Positions 59,458 through 64,000 of a DNA stretch of 64,000 nt are shown here, piece after piece. A program made the position numbers and the translations under genes. The DNA comes from Phyllobates terribilis (taxonomy: Eukaryota): the NCBI RefSeq assembly GCF_046119375.1, contig NW_027362762.1, positions 714,612,001 to 714,676,000 of the forward strand. The letters are read 5' to 3'. The notes under the pieces were generated by a model, which saw only the letters and a list, made by a program, of their open reading frames with translations, was not told the origin of the DNA and ran no database searches. The stretch's first letter is position 1, and every line of letters begins with the position of its first letter.

Positions 59458-62400
59458 GTATGAGAACTGATTTGGCTGGATGAGAGGCTCTGGACTGAGG
59501 TTTAAGGGGTAATGTTTCTCCTGGTGGAGAGTGACATACCAGCTCTGGCACGTCAAGGTAAGGAGGCTTATGTAGAGTGCTAATGTAGAGTTGTGCATGC
59601 AGCAATAGGAAGCGTTGATGGCATTTGCTCCTGCATGCACAGCAGTTACAAGATCACTTTGTATTAAGAGGAAGCAGGAGCTGCTGGGTCATAGGAGACC
59701 AAATCAGCTCTGCTATGCAGCCAGAAGGCTGCATTTTCCCTGTAACTTGAGCTAATATACCAACACCATTTACAAGGAAATAAGATGAAAATTAAAATAT
59801 TTAATAACTAAAAGCCACTTAAAGGTTTGTTTTGACTTTATTTGAGGCACATGTGTAAAATAAATGAAAAATAAAATGAATAAATAAAAATTGTGTTTAA
59901 TAAATAAAAATAAATAAAAATGCCACTGTCAATCTAAATCGCTGTTACTAGCCCGACCCCCAAAAATGTGTCTGATATAAGAGAATAATAGTTACAGAAT
60001 GGGGAATGTACAATGTATTTTAGTAGACCTTTGTGGTTAAAAAAAATATTAAAAAAATGGGAAAAACAAACTAATTTTCCCTTATTTTTTCATATTGCTC
60101 AATATCACCAAAAAAATATAACAGTGATCTAAAAATAAAGCTTCATGTATCAATAAAAAAGATGCAAAAATTACTTGAATATTTGAGTGAGAAAAGAAAA
60201 TTGCAGCTCTTTAATCCTGAAAATGTGCCTGATCAGGAATACGGGTAGATGACCGAGTCTTAAACTGGTTAACTGTATGAATGTTTTTGCAGCAGTAACT
60301 ACAGAAGATCTGATCATTTGTGATTATTGAAACCGGTAACTGGATCTCTAAGAAAGTGCCACCATATTTTTTAGACCCAGCTTCATGGCACGTAATGTAA
60401 GGTCTAGTAACCAGCTCATTGGAATAGTTGAAATCAAGAATGTCTTAGAGAAGAATCCAACCCCTTTTAAGGTCTGATTCAGATGTCCATGTTTCATGCA
60501 TGTGTGATGTCAGTGTTTTCATGGATAGAAAATATACTCCATATAATCAATGCTGCTATTCACATGTCCATGTTTTTAAGGACCGTTTGTATGTGCAAAA
60601 ATCACGGAGAAATATCCTTTTTTTTTCTGCAGCATTGATGAAAAATTCCAAAACAAGTCTATGGCTCCATGAAAATCACATACAGCACACAGATGACACC
60701 GATACCATTTTTTGTGTACGTGAAAAACAATGATGTCTGAATGAGGCCATACTGCCAATTATAATCTGCAATCCTAAATCAAGACACAAGGCAAGAGCAG
60801 GTTTACATTTGCATAGAACTTTCCTAACTCCATACATAAAGTCTATGCTACAACAATTAAGCCTAAAAGGGATGATTGCTTTTCAAAGAAGCATTGTTCA
60901 GTTAAGAGTCTATTTTCCTAAAGTGGCTGTAGTACAATTGACTAAGGACATTCTGCATGAAGGAATTGTTAAGATTGCTTAACGTGGGTGTACAAAAAAA
61001 AAATTACTGAAAAAATAATGTAAGAAAATCTAGACATTGTTTGAGACTGGAAGTTTGAGGATAAAAATATTAAATTTATTGCTTAATTTTTAGATTCTAA
61101 TAGGTTAAATTGACAATTGCTCCTAAATTGTGAATGTCTTAGAAGAAAAAACTGAAAATATTTGAGAGAAATTAAACAAAATATATACATTACTGTGCAA
61201 AAGTTTTAGGCAGGTGTGCAAAAATGCTGCAAAGTAAGAATGCTTTCAAAAATAGTAATGTTAATAGTTAGTTCCTTAAGAAGTTTGGAACAACCTCTTG
61301 GTCAAATTCCTTCAAAAACTTTGAACTTTGCTTTAATTCTGTTTTAAAAGCAAGTGGCGGTCACACCAAATATTGAGAACATTAATGATCAGTGAAATCC
61401 TGAGCCACTGGCACTGGTGTTCTAACTTTGTAGAGTGTTAAGAAAGAAACAATTTGCTGAAACTAAAATTGCTCTACCTATATTTTTTTCTCAGGGTCAA
61501 AAGTATTATTAGTTGCATAGCGTTATAAGAAGGGTGTAACTACAGGATCAAAGCAACGGAAATACTAAACACCCGATTCATCAAAGCCTTTACTCCACAA
61601 TTCTGGCATAAAAAGTTTTGAAAAGTCACATACTTTGGGCAGAACGTGAGGTGGCACTAAAATTTTGTGAATTTTGGCATTCTTACACTGTTTTTGCCCA
61701 GCTCGACAAAGTAGGAGAAGTTGGGGCAGGACGGGGGTGTTACAAATTCATGATGAGCAGCGGAGTTCGCTACATCACAAGTCTTGCTCCAGTCATTGAC
61801 TGGTATATGTGCCTCAGGAGGATTTGACTCCAGCACTGTCTTGATGAATTGGGGCCTAGAACTCCATGGATATCCTTTTGAATAATATTAGATTACTTGA
61901 GATGAGACTTTAGACTATGAACAAATCACATGCTTTTAGTACAATGGTTTTTACTATGGTACCATGGTAAAAAATTCAAAACTAGTTTGGAAGCATATGT
62001 TTAAGGTGGTAGGATTTCAGGATTACAAAAATGGTCTACCAAAATGGTGCCACAGCTATCCACAGGTTGCGTTTTTCCAAAAATCTAGAATGCGAAAGCA
62101 CCTTGATAACCATGCAAACATGCCTATGGCAGCAAAAAGCTTTAGAATGATGCTATGCACAAAATAAGAATAAGAGAAAGGAGACAATGTATATGTCTGT
62201 GCTCACTTTTTTGCTTGATATGTTGTCGTTTATGTATTTTTTTTTTGCCTGGTGAAGATTTTGGTTCAAAGTCGAAAGCAACTTAGGTTTACCACTTTTG
62301 ATGCCTTATATTTTATTGGATTCTTTTGTTTTACTTTTGTATTTAATTCATAAGCTAATTAGATAAAAGAATCAATATTTAAGCATTCTGATGATACCAA

Positions 62401-63878
62401 CAAATCATCAGCAAAATGCTTTAATTATCCACCCTTCTCTAAAATAACTGTTAAATATGTATAGTTTCTCTTTATTTTATATACTTTTTTACTTTGATTG
62501 AGTGTTTTATTTAACTTCTTATATGTAAAGGAAAATGCCTATACCCATACAGCACATCCTTCATACAGCTTGGCCACTTTGGAATACTATTGTTGTATTT
62601 TTATTTTTTCACTAAGTAAAATGTATCTGTGTTTTCTTGTTTAAAAACGAAATCAATGAAGATGGTTTACAGTGAAACATTTATCTTATCTCAGTGCTGG
62701 TTTGTCAGGACTTTGTGCTGCAACAGCTTCCTAAGTTGTGTCCTTTGTGCCAGCAGCTAAATCACCATTAATCCTTCAGCTGCTACATAGGGTAAATGTC
62801 TATATTTAGGGACAAATAAAATAATAGGAGTCCTTTGTAAAATTAGTGATTTCCTTAAAGCGCAGGTCAAATGTACCAAATTTTGCTCATGATGTATCCC
62901 AGCTGCTGCCATAAGAATGACATTTTTTGTATTTTTTAAATCTGTCATGTGATTCCAGAGATATGGGCCTTTTTAGTTAGAGATAATTTTTATAGTCTTT
63001 ACAAGGAAATATGGTTCAAGGGATTCTCTAGGATGTGTATTACAAATTTGTTCAGTTGAGCAATGTTCCTTTGGTAATGACAATAAAATTTGCACTAAAT
63101 GAAAAGGCCCATATTTCAAGAACCGTATGGTGCATTTAAAAATAATGCTTAAAACAGAAACAAATATAAGAAAAATTTGGCTATTTTTGACCTGGTGACA
63201 GGTCCCTTTTTTAACAAGTACATTTTTTCAGTAACAGCCATAAAGGAGATGTCTACATTTTTTAAATAATATTTTATTGTTTTATTTTTTTAAAGAAATT
63301 GGATTATAGGACTAAATATGCTTATACATAAACTGAGGAGAAAACATTCCTTAGTCTATAGAAAGAGCAACAAAAAAGCAAGCCGTGATGTTAACATACT
63401 CAGTTGTATTGAATCCAGAAAAAAAAGTATTTTAGTGTTATGATTCTATACAGTATTAGACTCTGTAATTCTGCGGCGTTTCAAAGAAAAACTTAGTTTA
63501 GTAGCTGCTGGGGACCCAGCTGCATGGAAATCTAGTTGAATAGGTGGGTCCCCAGTGACTTCTCCTTGACCATTACCATGGGGTGTCAGGTTTTCCCATT
63601 CATGCGTGTGTAGGGAAAGACCTGTCAGTCCAGGGCAGTGGACAAGAAGAAGCTGCCTGGGTCTCACTTGTCCTACTAGTCTCTCGTGCAACTCGGTCTA
63701 CAGCAGCTATGTAAAAAAAGTTTTTCTGTGAAACATCACTGCACTCAAAAGTTAAACATACACGACTGAAATCCTAAAGCCAGTGTCTGATACATGCTGC
63801 CCAGGGATCGAGCAGCATGTATCAGCTGTCAGGTTCCCTTTAACAGCAAGATAAGGGTTTTCTTCAGTTCACAGCATG

Positions 63879-64000
63879 TGACGCGCCCCTGGGCCTGCTG
63901 CTTCGCGCGGCATCGTGCGCACGGGGGAGCTTACCCGGATCCGGATCAGATGGGGGTAGTAGTCTCGTGGCGGTGACCCGGTCCGTGCCCAGGGAGTCAA
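63879..64000 (-). mobile_element. LTR end related to 22267-23560, running off the window
   Basis: TGACGCGCCCCTGGG...gtagt..cgtggcggtgacccggtcc matches the 22267 end. Confidence 0.7.

Noticed and set aside
58480-63870. Host exons in the AT-rich right end
   Set aside because: Acceptor-like sites (for example about 60290 and 61491) lead quickly to stops. The region is mostly MITE remnants and low-complexity sequence.

Overview
Eukaryotic, repeat-saturated window of vertebrate DNA, probably from a frog (inferred from the repeat families and the 18S fragment; not provable here). No complete host gene is recognisable; there are only a few candidate small exons at 17.5-24.5 kb. From left to right: (1) a non-autonomous Ty3/Gypsy chromovirus-like LTR element on the minus strand, with one open 614-aa Gag-derived ORF and no RT/RNaseH/integrase, inserted in a hAT terminus; (2) two Penelope-like elements head-to-head, each with a hammerhead-like motif; (3) hAT and L2 remnants, nested MITEs, SINEs and solo LTRs; (4) a TSD-bounded 10.8-kb hAT transposon (30447-41240) with an intact 1226-aa BED-finger DDE transposase, a 110-bp satellite, an 18S rDNA fragment, an L1 RT fragment, a solo LTR and a Tc1; (5) an 11.5-kb piggyBac (43723-55254) with a frameshifted transposase, tandem exon-intron cassettes upstream and a 5.4-kb palindromic satellite downstream; (6) a near-complete type I hammerhead ribozyme at 59.4 kb. 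Family calls come from motif recognition by eye, without database searches. Boundaries not fixed by a TSD or TIR are approximate.
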